Positions 11,235 to 22,329 of a stretch of DNA of 64,000 bases are shown here, in pieces. The stretch is from Pachysolen tannophilus NRRL Y-2460. Lineage: Eukaryota. Within the stretch, counting starts at the first letter, position 1, and each line of letters begins with the position of its first letter. The DNA lies in assembly GCA_001661245.1 (NCBI GenBank), contig KV454011.1:960426-1024425 (forward strand), given 5' to 3'. The notes under the pieces were generated by a model. It did not search any database. It was not told where the DNA came from and saw only the letters and a list, made by a program, of their open reading frames with translations. Made by a program: the position numbers and the translations under genes.

Positions 11235-14200
11235 ATGGATAAATCAATTTATTCGAGGAGTAATATCTCCACCACGTTTTGTTTATCTAAGGACTTGAAA
11301 ATCCCGTTCAAGTTTAAAATATTATCATTGGAGTTATCGAATTTACAGAGTGATTCGACATTCATATCAATTCAGTTAATCTCATCAAATAAACCGTTGA
11401 CTATTCCGATCATATCATTGATAAATAATAGCAAGCAATATGATAGGTCGAGTTTGTCTACTGGTGGCTCGTCGTCATCTTCATCTCCAAATTCAATAAA
11501 TAATAAGTGGTTGACATTACCGATATCTTATAATCAGTTACCATTAAATTCTAAAATATTCATTGTATTGTTTAATTACAATAAATTTGATAAAAGAGAG
11601 ATAATGGGGAGTTGTGCTTTTAATATTTTTAATGTTGGAGAAACAAATGATGAAGAATCGAATTTTACCTTGAAAAGAGGCTATCAAAAATTAATAATTT
11701 ATACTCCTGCTGATGCTGAGATGAATGATAGCGATGTATCAAAAGATATAAATAATGGGAAGGAAGAAAATCTTTCTGTAATGGATAAATTAGAGAAAAA
11801 AATTAAACTTCATGAGAGTGGTGATATGATTGCAATAGATTGGTTAGATAATTTAACTTTTAGAAAAATTGAACAAATCAATAAGAAAAATTCTATTTCA
11901 AAATATACCAATGATAATAACTCTGGTAATAACTCTAATTTCTTGTATTTAGAGATGGTCCAATTTGATATACCAATTGTATTTTCCGATGTTAAATATT
12001 CTATAATAAATATTCCAAATTATGTTGATAATGAATCCAATGGAGATTTGATTGAAAGTACTACAGTCTTGGAAATGTCATCACCATTGGATAATTATCA
12101 ACCCATCTTTGATCCTGACCAATATAGAGATTATAATAATGATGACCCAATAGAGCAAAAATTTAGAAAGCTAGAAAGAATTCATCAATCTTCACCATTG
12201 GATAAGGATATTAAACCAACTTTGAAAGTTAAAGAACATATTTTAAATATTTTACAAAAACAATTTTTCGAAAAATTGACATCACAAGAAAAGAATTTAA
12301 TTTGGAAATTTAGATTCTATTTAATTAATAATTTTATATCAAATAAAAACTTTGGATCATTACAATTCAATAATTTTATTATTAATTTTATCAAATGTGT
12401 TAATTGGGATGACGAATATGAAGTTAATGAATTTTTAAACATTATAAAAGATGCACATCATCAGTTTATTGAAGAATTGGAGATTGTGGATTGTTTAGAA
12501 TTGTTAAGCTACGATTATCGTAATCCTATAATACGAAAATTTGCCATAGAAAGGTTGAAATTAGCACGAGATGACGAATTAGAATTGTACTTGCTACAAC
12601 TAGTTCAAGCTTTAAAGTTTGAAAATGACGCCTTTGATTATGATTACTCTACAAGTATCCTCGATGGTAGTAATAATAATAAATATCCATCTCTGGATGA
12701 AGATGACAATGAAGATGAAATGGAAAGAGATATAGATGAAGAATTAGCTTCTTCATCAATGAATTCATCCTTAAACAATAATAGTACCAGTGAATACACT
12801 TTTATAGATTCATCTGAATTAAACTATAATGCTAACGAATCATCTTCAGCTTTTTTCCACACTGCAAATAAATTAATAACTTTGAATTCTCCTTTGGCAA
12901 ATTTTTTAATTGATCGTGCAATCAATAATCCAAGATTAATTAGTTTTTTCTATTGGTACGTCAAAGTAGAAATTAACAGTGAACGGACTTATAAGAGACT
13001 TAATGAAAAATTGAATCTTGATGTTGATGGCGTGAACCAATTGGATTCTAACCAAGCTACCACTGCAGAAGCTGTAACTGCGACAAATTTAGCAAACGAT
13101 CAAAGACAGTACGTTAGAGATCACAAAATTTTCCATAAGACTTTAAACAATTTCATTGTGAAACTATCAAAAACTGAATCAGGGAAAAAAAAATTAAATA
13201 CTTTAATATTACAAGTTGATTTATTGACCAAGATTCATGAGATTTCTTACAAAATTAAAACTATTTATAAGAAAGAGCCAACACCTAGAAAAATTGAAAT
13301 TTTGAAAAACTTGATTATAGAAACAAACAAACATCATCATCATCATCATCACAATGTTAAAAAACAGGTTGGTGGCAGGCAGAGACACAATACCGAATCA
13401 TCATCAAGTAATCTTGATGATTCTAACGGTGCAACTAATATTTCCACTTCATCGACCGTTTCAGGTGCTGGTTCTATATCATCTTTATCTTTGCTTAAAT
13501 TTGAACCCATACCGTTACCTTTAGATCCATCATATATGATATGTGGATGTATACCTGAAGAATCAAGTGTTTTCAAAAGTAGTTTATCTCCATTAAAGAT
13601 AACTTTTCGTACAACAACTCCTGGAGAGAAATATCCTCTAATGTATAAGATTGGGGACGATTTAAGACAAGATCAATTTGTTATTCAAATTATTACATTA
13701 ATAGACAAAATTTTACAAAATGAGAATTTAGATTTAAAATTAAAACCTTACAAAATCTTGGCGTTAGGTGAAGCTGAAGGATTAATTCAATTTATTCCAA
13801 ACGAATCTTTATCATCCATATTGGGTAAAAATCAGGGTTCAATTTTGAATTTTTTAAGAATTAACAACCCAGATAATAATAATGAATTAGGAGTCAAACC
13901 TGAAATAATAAACAATTACGTTAGATCATGTGCTGGTTATTGTGTTATAACGTATCTTTTAGGAGTTGGTGATAGACATTTGGATAATTTGTTATTAACA
14001 AAAGATGGATATTTCTTTCATGCAGATTTCGGGTATATCTTGGGAGAAGATCCAAAACCCTTTCCACCATTAATGAAACTTCCTATTCAAATCATTGAAG
14101 GTATGGGTGGTTTGACAAATGAAAATTATAAACTTTTTTGCAATTACTGCTTTATAGCATATCTAACTTTAAGGAAAAATTCAAGTTTGATCTTAAACTT

Positions 14201-14426
14201 GTTTAGGTTAATGATAGACTCAAATATACCGGTCTTGAAGACAAACAACGGTGACGAATTGGAGAAAATTGAGTTGGTCCTAAAGATTAAGGAAAAATTC
14301 ATGCTTGAGTTAAACGATGAAGAAGCTATTTTACATTTCCAAAACTTGATCAAAGATAGTGTAAATGCATTCTTACCTGTTGTCATTGATAGGTTACACA
14401 GTTTGGCTCAATACTGGAGAGCTTGA
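11235..14426 (+). CDS. VPS34: Class III phosphatidylinositol 3-kinase
   Basis: C2, helical and kinase domains; motifs GDDLRQDQ, GVGDRHLDN and HADFGYILG; C-terminus LHSLAQYWRA. Confidence 0.97.
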   Translation: MDKSIYSRSNISTTFCLSKDLKIPFKFKILSLELSNLQSDSTFISIQLISSNKPLTIPIISLINNSKQYDRSSLSTGGSSSSSSPNSINNKWLTLPISYNQLPLNSKIFIVLFNYNKFDKREIMGSCAFNIFNVGETNDEESNFTLKRGYQKLIIYTPADAEMNDSDVSKDINNGKEENLSVMDKLEKKIKLHESGDMIAIDWLDNLTFRKIEQINKKNSISKYTNDNNSGNNSNFLYLEMVQFDIPIVFSDVKYSIINIPNYVDNESNGDLIESTTVLEMSSPLDNYQPIFDPDQYRDYNNDDPIEQKFRKLERIHQSSPLDKDIKPTLKVKEHILNILQKQFFEKLTSQEKNLIWKFRFYLINNFISNKNFGSLQFNNFIINFIKCVNWDDEYEVNEFLNIIKDAHHQFIEELEIVDCLELLSYDYRNPIIRKFAIERLKLARDDELELYLLQLVQALKFENDAFDYDYSTSILDGSNNNKYPSLDEDDNEDEMERDIDEELASSSMNSSLNNNSTSEYTFIDSSELNYNANESSSAFFHTANKLITLNSPLANFLIDRAINNPRLISFFYWYVKVEINSERTYKRLNEKLNLDVDGVNQLDSNQATTAEAVTATNLANDQRQYVRDHKIFHKTLNNFIVKLSKTESGKKKLNTLILQVDLLTKIHEISYKIKTIYKKEPTPRKIEILKNLIIETNKHHHHHHHNVKKQVGGRQRHNTESSSSNLDDSNGATNISTSSTVSGAGSISSLSLLKFEPIPLPLDPSYMICGCIPEESSVFKSSLSPLKITFRTTTPGEKYPLMYKIGDDLRQDQFVIQIITLIDKILQNENLDLKLKPYKILALGEAEGLIQFIPNESLSSILGKNQGSILNFLRINNPDNNNELGVKPEIINNYVRSCAGYCVITYLLGVGDRHLDNLLLTKDGYFFHADFGYILGEDPKPFPPLMKLPIQIIEGMGGLTNENYKLFCNYCFIAYLTLRKNSSLILNLFRLMIDSNIPVLKTNNGDELEKIELVLKIKEKFMLELNDEEAILHFQNLIKDSVNAFLPVVIDRLHSLAQYWRA

Positions 14427-14700
14427 TCTAAAATTGAAGGTGATCTTGCTTGTCGTCGTTGTCGTCGTCTATAGACCTTTCTCATATAAAATCAACTTAC
14501 TTAATTAGGAAATTTCCGTTTTTGGATTTTTTTTATTTTTTTTTTTATTTTTTTTTTTTTTGGAATTGTCAACATCGTCTTTTTGAACAGATTGTCTAAA
14601 TTAATATAAGAAGATAACATTTTAGTTGAACAGTATCTTTTATCTGGTAACTCGTATTGAAAGACATTAAATCAGAGTTAATTAATATTTTCTTTGAAAG

Positions 14701-16813
14701 ATGTCTTTAGTGCAAACTCAATTTCAAAGTTTGCGCGATAGGCAAATTGGTAAGTAGATGGTTACATATGTTTTTCCTTTTTGATTATTATATGAAATAC
14801 ATTAAGTACTTTGCTAACTAAATATATGTATATATATAAATAATAGCTTCACTTGAGCATATGCTTAATTTGAATGTCAATTCTGCAAATACTGATTTGA
14901 CATCGTCGTCGAATTTTGAGGAAATAATTTGGAAAGTATTAGTTTTAGATACTAAAAGTACCGCCATCGTTTCATCTATATTACGAGTTAACGATTTGTT
15001 GAGATGTGGTATTGCAATCCATTCAATGATTAATTCCAAAAGATCACCTTTACCTGATGTTCCCGTTGTATATTTTGTGGAGCCTACCATAGATAATATC
15101 AGCAAGATAATTTCTGATTTGGAGAATGATTATTATTCTAGTTTTTATATTAATTTCACTTCTTCTTTGAAAAGAGAATTATTAGAGGAATTTGCTAAAA
15201 AAGTAGCATTGAGTGGGAAATCTTTTAAGATTAAACAAGTGTATGATCAATATTTAGATTTCATAGTCACTGAACCAGATTTGTTTTCCTTGGATATAAA
15301 GAAAATTTATTCTAAATTCAACAATCCAAATACAACTGAAGACGAAATTCAATCAATTGCAGATCAAATTTCTAATGGGATATTTGCATCAATTATAACA
15401 ATGAAGAATATTCCAATTATTAGATGTCCGAGAGGTGGGCCTGCAGAAATGATTGCTGAAAAATTGAACAAGAAATTAAGAGATTACGTTATAAACACCA
15501 AGACTTCTTCCTCGGTAAACCATTCCAACTCAGATTCATTACAAAGATCTGTATTAGTATTATTAGATAGAAATATCGATTTATCCGCAATGTTTGCACA
15601 TTCATGGATTTATCAATGCATGGTTAGTGATGTTTTCCATTTATCTAGAAATACCATCACAATAGAGTCAAAAGATGAAAAAGATGAAACTAAGATTGTT
15701 ACTAAACAATATGATATAGATCCTAAAGATTTTTTTTGGGCTAAAAATGCGTTATCGCCTTTCCCAGAGGCTGTTGAAAATGTTGAATTGGAATTATCAA
15801 ACTATAAAAAAGATGCTAAAGAAATTTCAAGTAAGACTGGATATTCGTCATTATCAGATATAGATCCAAACAGTACAACAGATACAGTTCATATTCAGCA
15901 GGCTATTAAGGCATTGCCGGAACTTACGTCAAGAAAAAACATTATTGATATGCATATGAAAGTCTTGGCTTCACTTCTTTCTGAATTGGAATCCAAAAAC
16001 TTGGATTCTTTTTTTGAAATTGAACAAAATTTCAATGATCCTAAAGTTCAAAAACAATTTTTGGAAATATTAGAGAAAAAATCTAAAGGTAATAATTTAA
16101 AGGATAAATTTAGAACTTATTTGATTTTATTGCTCTCAAGTGATTTACCTCCTCTGTTTCAAGAAAAATGTGACAATTTATTGAAAGAAGAAGGAATTGA
16201 AGATTTATCATCATTAAATTATATACGCCGTGTCAAAGAGGTTACTAAACTTTCCACATCTTTACAAAATGGTATGAATAATAATTTACTGAATTCGAAT
16301 TCAAGCCAAAATAATAACTCTGCGTTATTCACAGGGTTGTCATCAAAATTATATGGATTAACAGATGGTAGAATTTCAGAAGGATTTGGATCGTTAATAA
16401 CAGGATTGAAAAAATTATTACCTGAGAAAAATCAAATGCCAATAACTAAAATTGTTGAATCTATAATGGAACCATTAAACTCATCACAAGAAAACTTGGC
16501 AGTTACCGACGATTATTTGTATTTTGATCCAAAACATACTAGAGGAGTTGGTTCACAAAAACCTAAAAGGCAGAGCTATAATGAAGCAATAGTATTTGTT
16601 GTTGGAGGAGGAAATTATTTAGAATATTCCAATTTACAAGAATGGGTTAATGGTAACAATAATAATAGTAATAGTGCTGCTGGAAATAGTGGTGCTAATA
16701 ACAGTACTGTCAGCGGTTTAAATAATGGTGGAAAGTTGGTTGTGTATGGAAGTACTGACATTATTACGGCGAATGAATTCTTAGAAGAGTGCAGTGAATT
16801 AGGTAAGGCTTGA
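14701..16813 (+). CDS. SLY1: Sec1/Munc18-family ER-Golgi SM protein; 2 exons (14701-14749, 14847-16813)
   Basis: Intron GTAAGT..TGCTAAC..TAG joins SLRDRQI to ASLEHMLNLN. Motifs WKVLVLD, LRVNDL and FVVGGGNYLEY. Confidence 0.95.
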
Positions 16814-17040
16814 GACTTGAGGACAATATTCAGAAAGAAATGAATGATTAAGTCTACGACTGACCTTTTTAATTTTTTTAATTTTTTTTTTTTTTTTTGT
16901 CCTTTTCTTTGAAAAAAAAAACCAAATCATTTTTATTTTTATTATCTTGCTGTACTTTTAATACACATATATATATAATTAAATATATATATATATATAT
17001 TTACCAACTATTCCTAGTCCTATAGATCTTCTTTAAAGCA

Positions 17041-18027
17041 TTACTTTTTATGCTTAAGTTTCTGTTGCTTTCTCAATTCTCTTAAATCAGGGGGTTTCTC
17101 TAAATTGATTTCTTTTCTAAACTCATCAATGTCTCTGTCCAAAATCTTTTCCCAATAAACATTGATTAAAGGTTTACAATGAAGCCCATTTTTGAATGCC
17201 CAAGGATAATAAATATTAAACAATCTCGATCTTTGTTTCAGACTAGTATTCCATGGAGCGAAAAGAGCACCTAAACCTGCCATTGGTATACCTAAATTTA
17301 AAAATTCAAAACATTTCAATGCAATCTCACCTTCCCTCACTATCGGTAATCCGGTAATGGTATGATAAAAATCATGACATTCTCTATACCTACGAAAGAT
17401 AAAAGCTAATTCTTCATCATCAATGTATCTAACTTTTTCTCTTGTATCTGGAGATACACCTTCTCTATCTAACCACATAATATATGCATGACCAATAGAG
17501 TTTTTAGGGTACTTATTTCTCAATTCTTCCAAGTTCAACGAAGTAGAAGTCATGTGTGGTCTATCTTTCAAAATTTGTCTTCCAACCAGGTCTGATAACA
17601 TTTGTCTTCTTAAATTATTTAAAAACCAAGGAAGAGCTGTAGACTCTCCCAACCCAACAATAAATTCATTTCTTGAAGGGTCTAAAAATGCACCTACCGA
17701 AGAGCCAAAAATTAATAACAACTTTTCAAAGTTGTACAATGGAATGTGATCTGGATAATTCTTTGCAGGTCTAGTAAAATAACCTTGCTGCTGCTGCTGA
17801 TCCAATTGAGAACTCTTCAAAGTTTCTTCCTCCTGATATTTCTGGAAAGATGTCTTTGGTTTGTGTAATTCTCCTCTTGACATCTTGTCTGCTAAAACAG
17901 CATCTTCCCCCATAACAAAATGAGAAATTGCAGCAGTTACCAAAGCCGGCAAAATAAATGATCTCCTTTGAAGAGATAACCCGAGAGGAGAATTGATTAA
18001 ACGATTGGAACAGGTTATTAACGGCAT
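17041..18027 (-). CDS. COQ4: Ubiquinone biosynthesis protein Coq4
   Basis: Motifs YPDHIPL and RYRECHDFYH...EGEIALK (HDxxH-x11-E); mitochondrial-like N-terminus. Confidence 0.95.
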   Translation of the reverse strand: MPLITCSNRLINSPLGLSLQRRSFILPALVTAAISHFVMGEDAVLADKMSRGELHKPKTSFQKYQEEETLKSSQLDQQQQQGYFTRPAKNYPDHIPLYNFEKLLLIFGSSVGAFLDPSRNEFIVGLGESTALPWFLNNLRRQMLSDLVGRQILKDRPHMTSTSLNLEELRNKYPKNSIGHAYIMWLDREGVSPDTREKVRYIDDEELAFIFRRYRECHDFYHTITGLPIVREGEIALKCFEFLNLGIPMAGLGALFAPWNTSLKQRSRLFNIYYPWAFKNGLHCKPLINVYWEKILDRDIDEFRKEINLEKPPDLRELRKQQKLKHKK

Positions 18028-18204
18028 TTGATTTGTTTCTTGATCAATGAATAGTTTTAAACGAAAATCATACTATTTTGAAAACACATCATTTAAACCC
18101 AAAAAAAAAAAAAATACAAAAAATTAAAAAATAAAAATTAGAAAATAAATGAATTGATAACAAAAAGAAGATAACAATTACTACGAACGACGAGGATACT
18201 AACG

Positions 18205-19356
18205 ATGAGCTCCTTATTTTATCCACCAGTTTCACAAGTGGAGGTGATAAAGGAGAATAAGCAACTATGCCAACGTGAAGTCAAATGGTTCATCAATACG
18301 ATAATCAAGCCAGAACTTCCGTCACTAAGAGAAACTTTATTACAATGTCATGATTTATTATGTTCTGATGAGAAGATAACTTTACCATTAAGTTCGTATC
18401 AGTCTGAGATGATCAAAGGTACTATAACACGACAGAATTTTAAAGTAATTAATTTAAATTTAAATTTGAAAAATATTAAATCGTTAAATGGTGGTAAAAA
18501 ATTTAATATACGATTAAATCCAGTTGATTCTATAGTGATAAAGCAATTAGTGGATTGTGATGAATTCATTTTAAAATCTATCAAGGTTTTGGATTGTTTA
18601 GTTCTGCAAGATGTTGGGGAAAATCCATTTAGTGATATAATGGATAGTTTACATAATTTATTAATTTCAATATCGGCTTCATTAAATTATTTAAAAGTTC
18701 CTAATCTGCAATATTTATTTCCTCGATATAGAATAATTGCATCAAAATTTCAACCTCCAATGCCGGAATCGATTGCATTGGATTTTTTCATAAACGATGA
18801 TGATTTATTCATGGAATTCCATGAATTGCATCAAATAAGAACATGGCCTTGGTCGATAATAAATCAAAAAACTGGAAGATCATTTGTTGATGAATTAAAA
18901 TCGATAATAAGTAAGGATAGAAGGAGATCAATCAATACTATAGTGGATGAAGAAAAGGATAACATAATTAGCAGTTTAGTATCTGCCTCATCACCATCTT
19001 CTGGTTCTTCTTCTGCATCATCTCAAAGTTTATCTGCATTTTCCTCGATGTCTTCTTCTGGTGGGGCAGCAAATTCTTCTTCGATTTCACCTTCATATTC
19101 AGAACCATCTTTTACTTCGGCTTTATCATCTTTTTTCAAAACTTCTCAACAGAAAAGACAGACAAATTTAAAATTTTTAGAGCATTGTGTTACTTATGAA
19201 CTAAATAACCATGATAAATGTGTTGTAATGGTTAAAAAAAATTTTGAAATAAATGCAGGAGATCCATTATTATTAAGTATTAGTAGTAAATTGGGAAGCG
19301 TTGAAAATAATATTATGAAATTTTACAAAAATTTGGTCATTCTCATGGAACAATAA
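18205..19356 (+). CDS. RAV2: RAVE complex subunit 2 (Rogdi family)
   Basis: Segments REVKWFINTIIKPELP, LPLSS..SEMIKGTITR and DPLLLSISSKL. Located between COQ4 and SPC19 as in S. cerevisiae. Confidence 0.85.
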   Translation: MSSLFYPPVSQVEVIKENKQLCQREVKWFINTIIKPELPSLRETLLQCHDLLCSDEKITLPLSSYQSEMIKGTITRQNFKVINLNLNLKNIKSLNGGKKFNIRLNPVDSIVIKQLVDCDEFILKSIKVLDCLVLQDVGENPFSDIMDSLHNLLISISASLNYLKVPNLQYLFPRYRIIASKFQPPMPESIALDFFINDDDLFMEFHELHQIRTWPWSIINQKTGRSFVDELKSIISKDRRRSINTIVDEEKDNIISSLVSASSPSSGSSSASSQSLSAFSSMSSSGGAANSSSISPSYSEPSFTSALSSFFKTSQQKRQTNLKFLEHCVTYELNNHDKCVVMVKKNFEINAGDPLLLSISSKLGSVENNIMKFYKNLVILMEQ

Positions 19357-19428
19357 TTTGATAATATACAATAGAGTAACTTAATATAAAATAAAATAGA
19401 AAATAAAAAATTAAAAATTAAAAATTAT

Positions 19429-19965
19429 TTAAATATTTGAAGGTATAATACTCAATCTTTTCTTATTTTCTTGTAAGTTTAATCTTGATAATGAATATTT
19501 TAATCTTTCCTTTTTACCTTTTAAAAATTTTAATTTTTGTAATTCTTCTTCTGTTCCTATTATATCTTCTTCACTTGAATTCATCTCATCATTATTAAGT
19601 ATAAAATTTTCTTTATTAGAAAGATTATTATGTATTTTATTAAAATTCTCTAATCTCGTTTGTTGTAATTCACATTTATCCAATAATTTTTGCTTATTTT
19701 TTTCTAATTTAACCAATTCAGCTTCAATCTTAATTATTAATGAATTTATCTGAGGCATAAGATTCTTATTTAAATTCTTTGTAGCAATCTTTATATCTAA
19801 TTCAGGTACTGTTGTGAAAACTTTGTTTTGTTTTAAAATCTTACACAATCTTGGGAAATCATCTGTTGAATTTGACAATAACTCAAGAGAAGAATCCATG
19901 ATTCCATTTGAAATTGCTAATGACTTTATACAGCCTTCTAGATTAGTCTGGATATTATATGACAT
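19429..19965 (-). CDS. SPC19: DASH/Dam1 kinetochore complex subunit
   Basis: Segments LEGCIKSL, DFPRLCKIL..NKVF..VPE and C-terminal KKERLKYSLSRL; adjacent to RAV2. Confidence 0.85.
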   Translation of the reverse strand: MSYNIQTNLEGCIKSLAISNGIMDSSLELLSNSTDDFPRLCKILKQNKVFTTVPELDIKIATKNLNKNLMPQINSLIIKIEAELVKLEKNKQKLLDKCELQQTRLENFNKIHNNLSNKENFILNNDEMNSSEEDIIGTEEELQKLKFLKGKKERLKYSLSRLNLQENKKRLSIIPSNI

Positions 19966-20260
19966 GTTTCTAATACTTTTTACTCAACCGCTATTTGTAT
20001 TTGTATTTATATTTATCATTAATTATTATTATCAATTTATTATATTTTTGTTTATTTACATCTTTTTTTTCGATTTTAAATATTTTAATTTTTGGCCTAC
20101 TTACGCGCACACATACAAATTTTACATACAAAAAACAAAAAATTATTACAAAATTGAACTTTTAACATTAAAGAAAAGAGGAAAGCTGTTTCTATGAAAT
20201 AAGATAAAGATTGAACATATATATATATATATTGACAAGAATTGTTTTTTTTTTCTTTTT

Positions 20261-21391
20261 TTAAAGTCTTTTAATAGGTCCACCTGGAGATTTTTTATTT
20301 CTTCTTGTCAAGACTTCAACACCATCTTCAGTCACCAAAAGCATATGTTCGAATTGTGCTGAAGGTTTACCATCACTTGTAGAAGAAGTCCAATTATCTG
20401 GCCATGTGATATCTTTATAAGAACCCATTGTTATCATTGGTTCTATAGTGAAGACTATACCTGGTTTAGCTACACCAATAGCTTTATTTCTTGCGTAATG
20501 AGGAATGCTTGGTTGACAATGGAAAAGTTGGTTTGTACCATGACCACAATAAGTTCTAACTACTTGACAATGGTTTTTCCTTGCATGTTCTTCTATAATT
20601 TCACCTATATTTCTAAAAATTAAACCTGGTTTAACTTTTTCTATAGCAAGATCAAGACATTCTCTCAGTGTTTCAACTAAATTTACAAGTTCTTTATTTG
20701 TCTTTGATGAATCACCAACATAATAAGTTTCATTTAAATCAGCATGAAATCCATTTTTATAGATAGTAACATCCAAATTAACAATATCACCATCTTTTAA
20801 AGGTCTCTTATCTGGAATACCATGACAAATAATTTCATTTACAGAAGTACATACTGATTTGGGGAAATTATAATAATTTAAAGGTGAAGGATATGCATTT
20901 CTTTTTATAGTTTCATTATGAACAATTTCATCAATCTCATCTGTTGTAATACCAGGTCTAATCAGTTTTGCTGCAGTATCAAGAACTTCTCTTGCTAAAG
21001 ATCCAACTTTCCTAATTTCTTTAATCTCTTCCAGAGTTAAGATTTTTATCTTATTTGTTCTATCATTTTTAATTTCACTAATTGGTTCACCAGATAATGC
21101 ATAATCAGGAAGTTTAATCCTCAGTGGAACCTTACGCCGTGCCGATAAAGGATAAAAAGCTTTCAACTCACCTCTATAAACAAATTCCGGGAATGGATCA
21201 TATGTTTCTGAACCTTCTTTCTTATGAATAAATTTATGTGTTGGCCATGAGCGCTTAAAACAATCTTGATCACAAAAAATCGATATAATACCTTCCTTAA
21301 GACATATGGGACATTTTAAAGCAGAATCTGTTTCCTTACCACAATCATTAGCCTCGCATCTCACTACCTCGCTATCCTTGGCCTCAGACAT
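20261..21391 (-). CDS. MAP1: Methionine aminopeptidase 1 with N-terminal zinc finger
   Basis: CPIC..FCDQDCFK zinc finger; motifs SVNEIICHGIPD, DLNET, YCGHG, FTIEPM and SAQFEH. First ATG is at 21391. Confidence 0.96.
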   Translation of the reverse strand: MSEAKDSEVVRCEANDCGKETDSALKCPICLKEGIISIFCDQDCFKRSWPTHKFIHKKEGSETYDPFPEFVYRGELKAFYPLSARRKVPLRIKLPDYALSGEPISEIKNDRTNKIKILTLEEIKEIRKVGSLAREVLDTAAKLIRPGITTDEIDEIVHNETIKRNAYPSPLNYYNFPKSVCTSVNEIICHGIPDKRPLKDGDIVNLDVTIYKNGFHADLNETYYVGDSSKTNKELVNLVETLRECLDLAIEKVKPGLIFRNIGEIIEEHARKNHCQVVRTYCGHGTNQLFHCQPSIPHYARNKAIGVAKPGIVFTIEPMITMGSYKDITWPDNWTSSTSDGKPSAQFEHMLLVTEDGVEVLTRRNKKSPGGPIKRL

Positions 21392-21513
21392 AATCTCACA
21401 CAAAATTCGATTCAATTAAATTAAATTCAATTTAAATTATATTCAATTAAATAACTCATCAAACTTTATCTTTTCTGTACTACATACAAAAAAACTAAAA
21501 ATTTTTTTCATTT

Positions 21514-21558
<45 letters not shown>

Positions 21559-21816
21559 NNNNNNNNNNNNNNNNNNNNNNNNNNNNNNNNNNNNNNNNNN
21601 NNNNNNNNNNNNNNNNNNNNNNNNNNNNNNNNNNNNNNNNNNNNNNNNNNNNNNNNNNNNNNNNNNNNNNNNNNNNNNNNNNNNNNNNNNNNNNNNNNNN
21701 NNNNNNNNNNNNNNNNNNNNNNNNNNNNNNNNNNNNNNNNNNNNNNNNNNNNNNNNNNNNNNNNNNNNNNNNNNNNNNNNNNNNNNNNNNNNNNNNNNNN
21801 NNNNNNNNNNNNNNNN
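21559..21816. other. Assembly gap (N run) flanked by poly(A)
   Basis: Run of n characters; similar gaps occur at 32175-32442 and 58285-58389. Confidence 0.99.
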
Positions 21817-22298
21817 AAAAAAAAAAAAACGTCAAAAAATCGTGCTGAAAAACACAAATTCTAAATTGGGAAATTTGTTGTTTTTTTTTAATTTTTACTT
21901 TTTTTGGTAATTTTACATAAAAGAAGGAAAAGAGTGCAGATGTTTTGTTCATGAGGTCAAGTAATCTACATCTAATCTAATTGATTGCTATCTAATGTAT
22001 TATTATTTATACTTTAATCTATTTTCTTTCAAGTTTTTCTTTTCCTGTGTGGAACAATCTTCCACCGATACAAAAATCGAATTAAATCCGTTTTTAATGT
22101 ATATGATGAATTAAGTTAAATTTTCTTCTATATACATGTACACACAAGAAAGAGAGAAGGAATATTTGCTTTTAATCGTTTATTGTTGTGTAGAAGAGGT
22201 AAAAAAGGAATTATATTGATAATAATAATTTCTGTAAGAAGGTCATCTATTGTTTTTGATTCCTATCAATAAATTTTTATTCCGTGTGGTCTCCGATT

Positions 22299-22329
<31 letters not shown>

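Noticed and set aside
21443..21952. Poly-Phe/X ORFs at the gaps (also 32088-32522 and 58250-58460)
   Set aside because: They are artefacts of N runs and poly(A/T) tracts.
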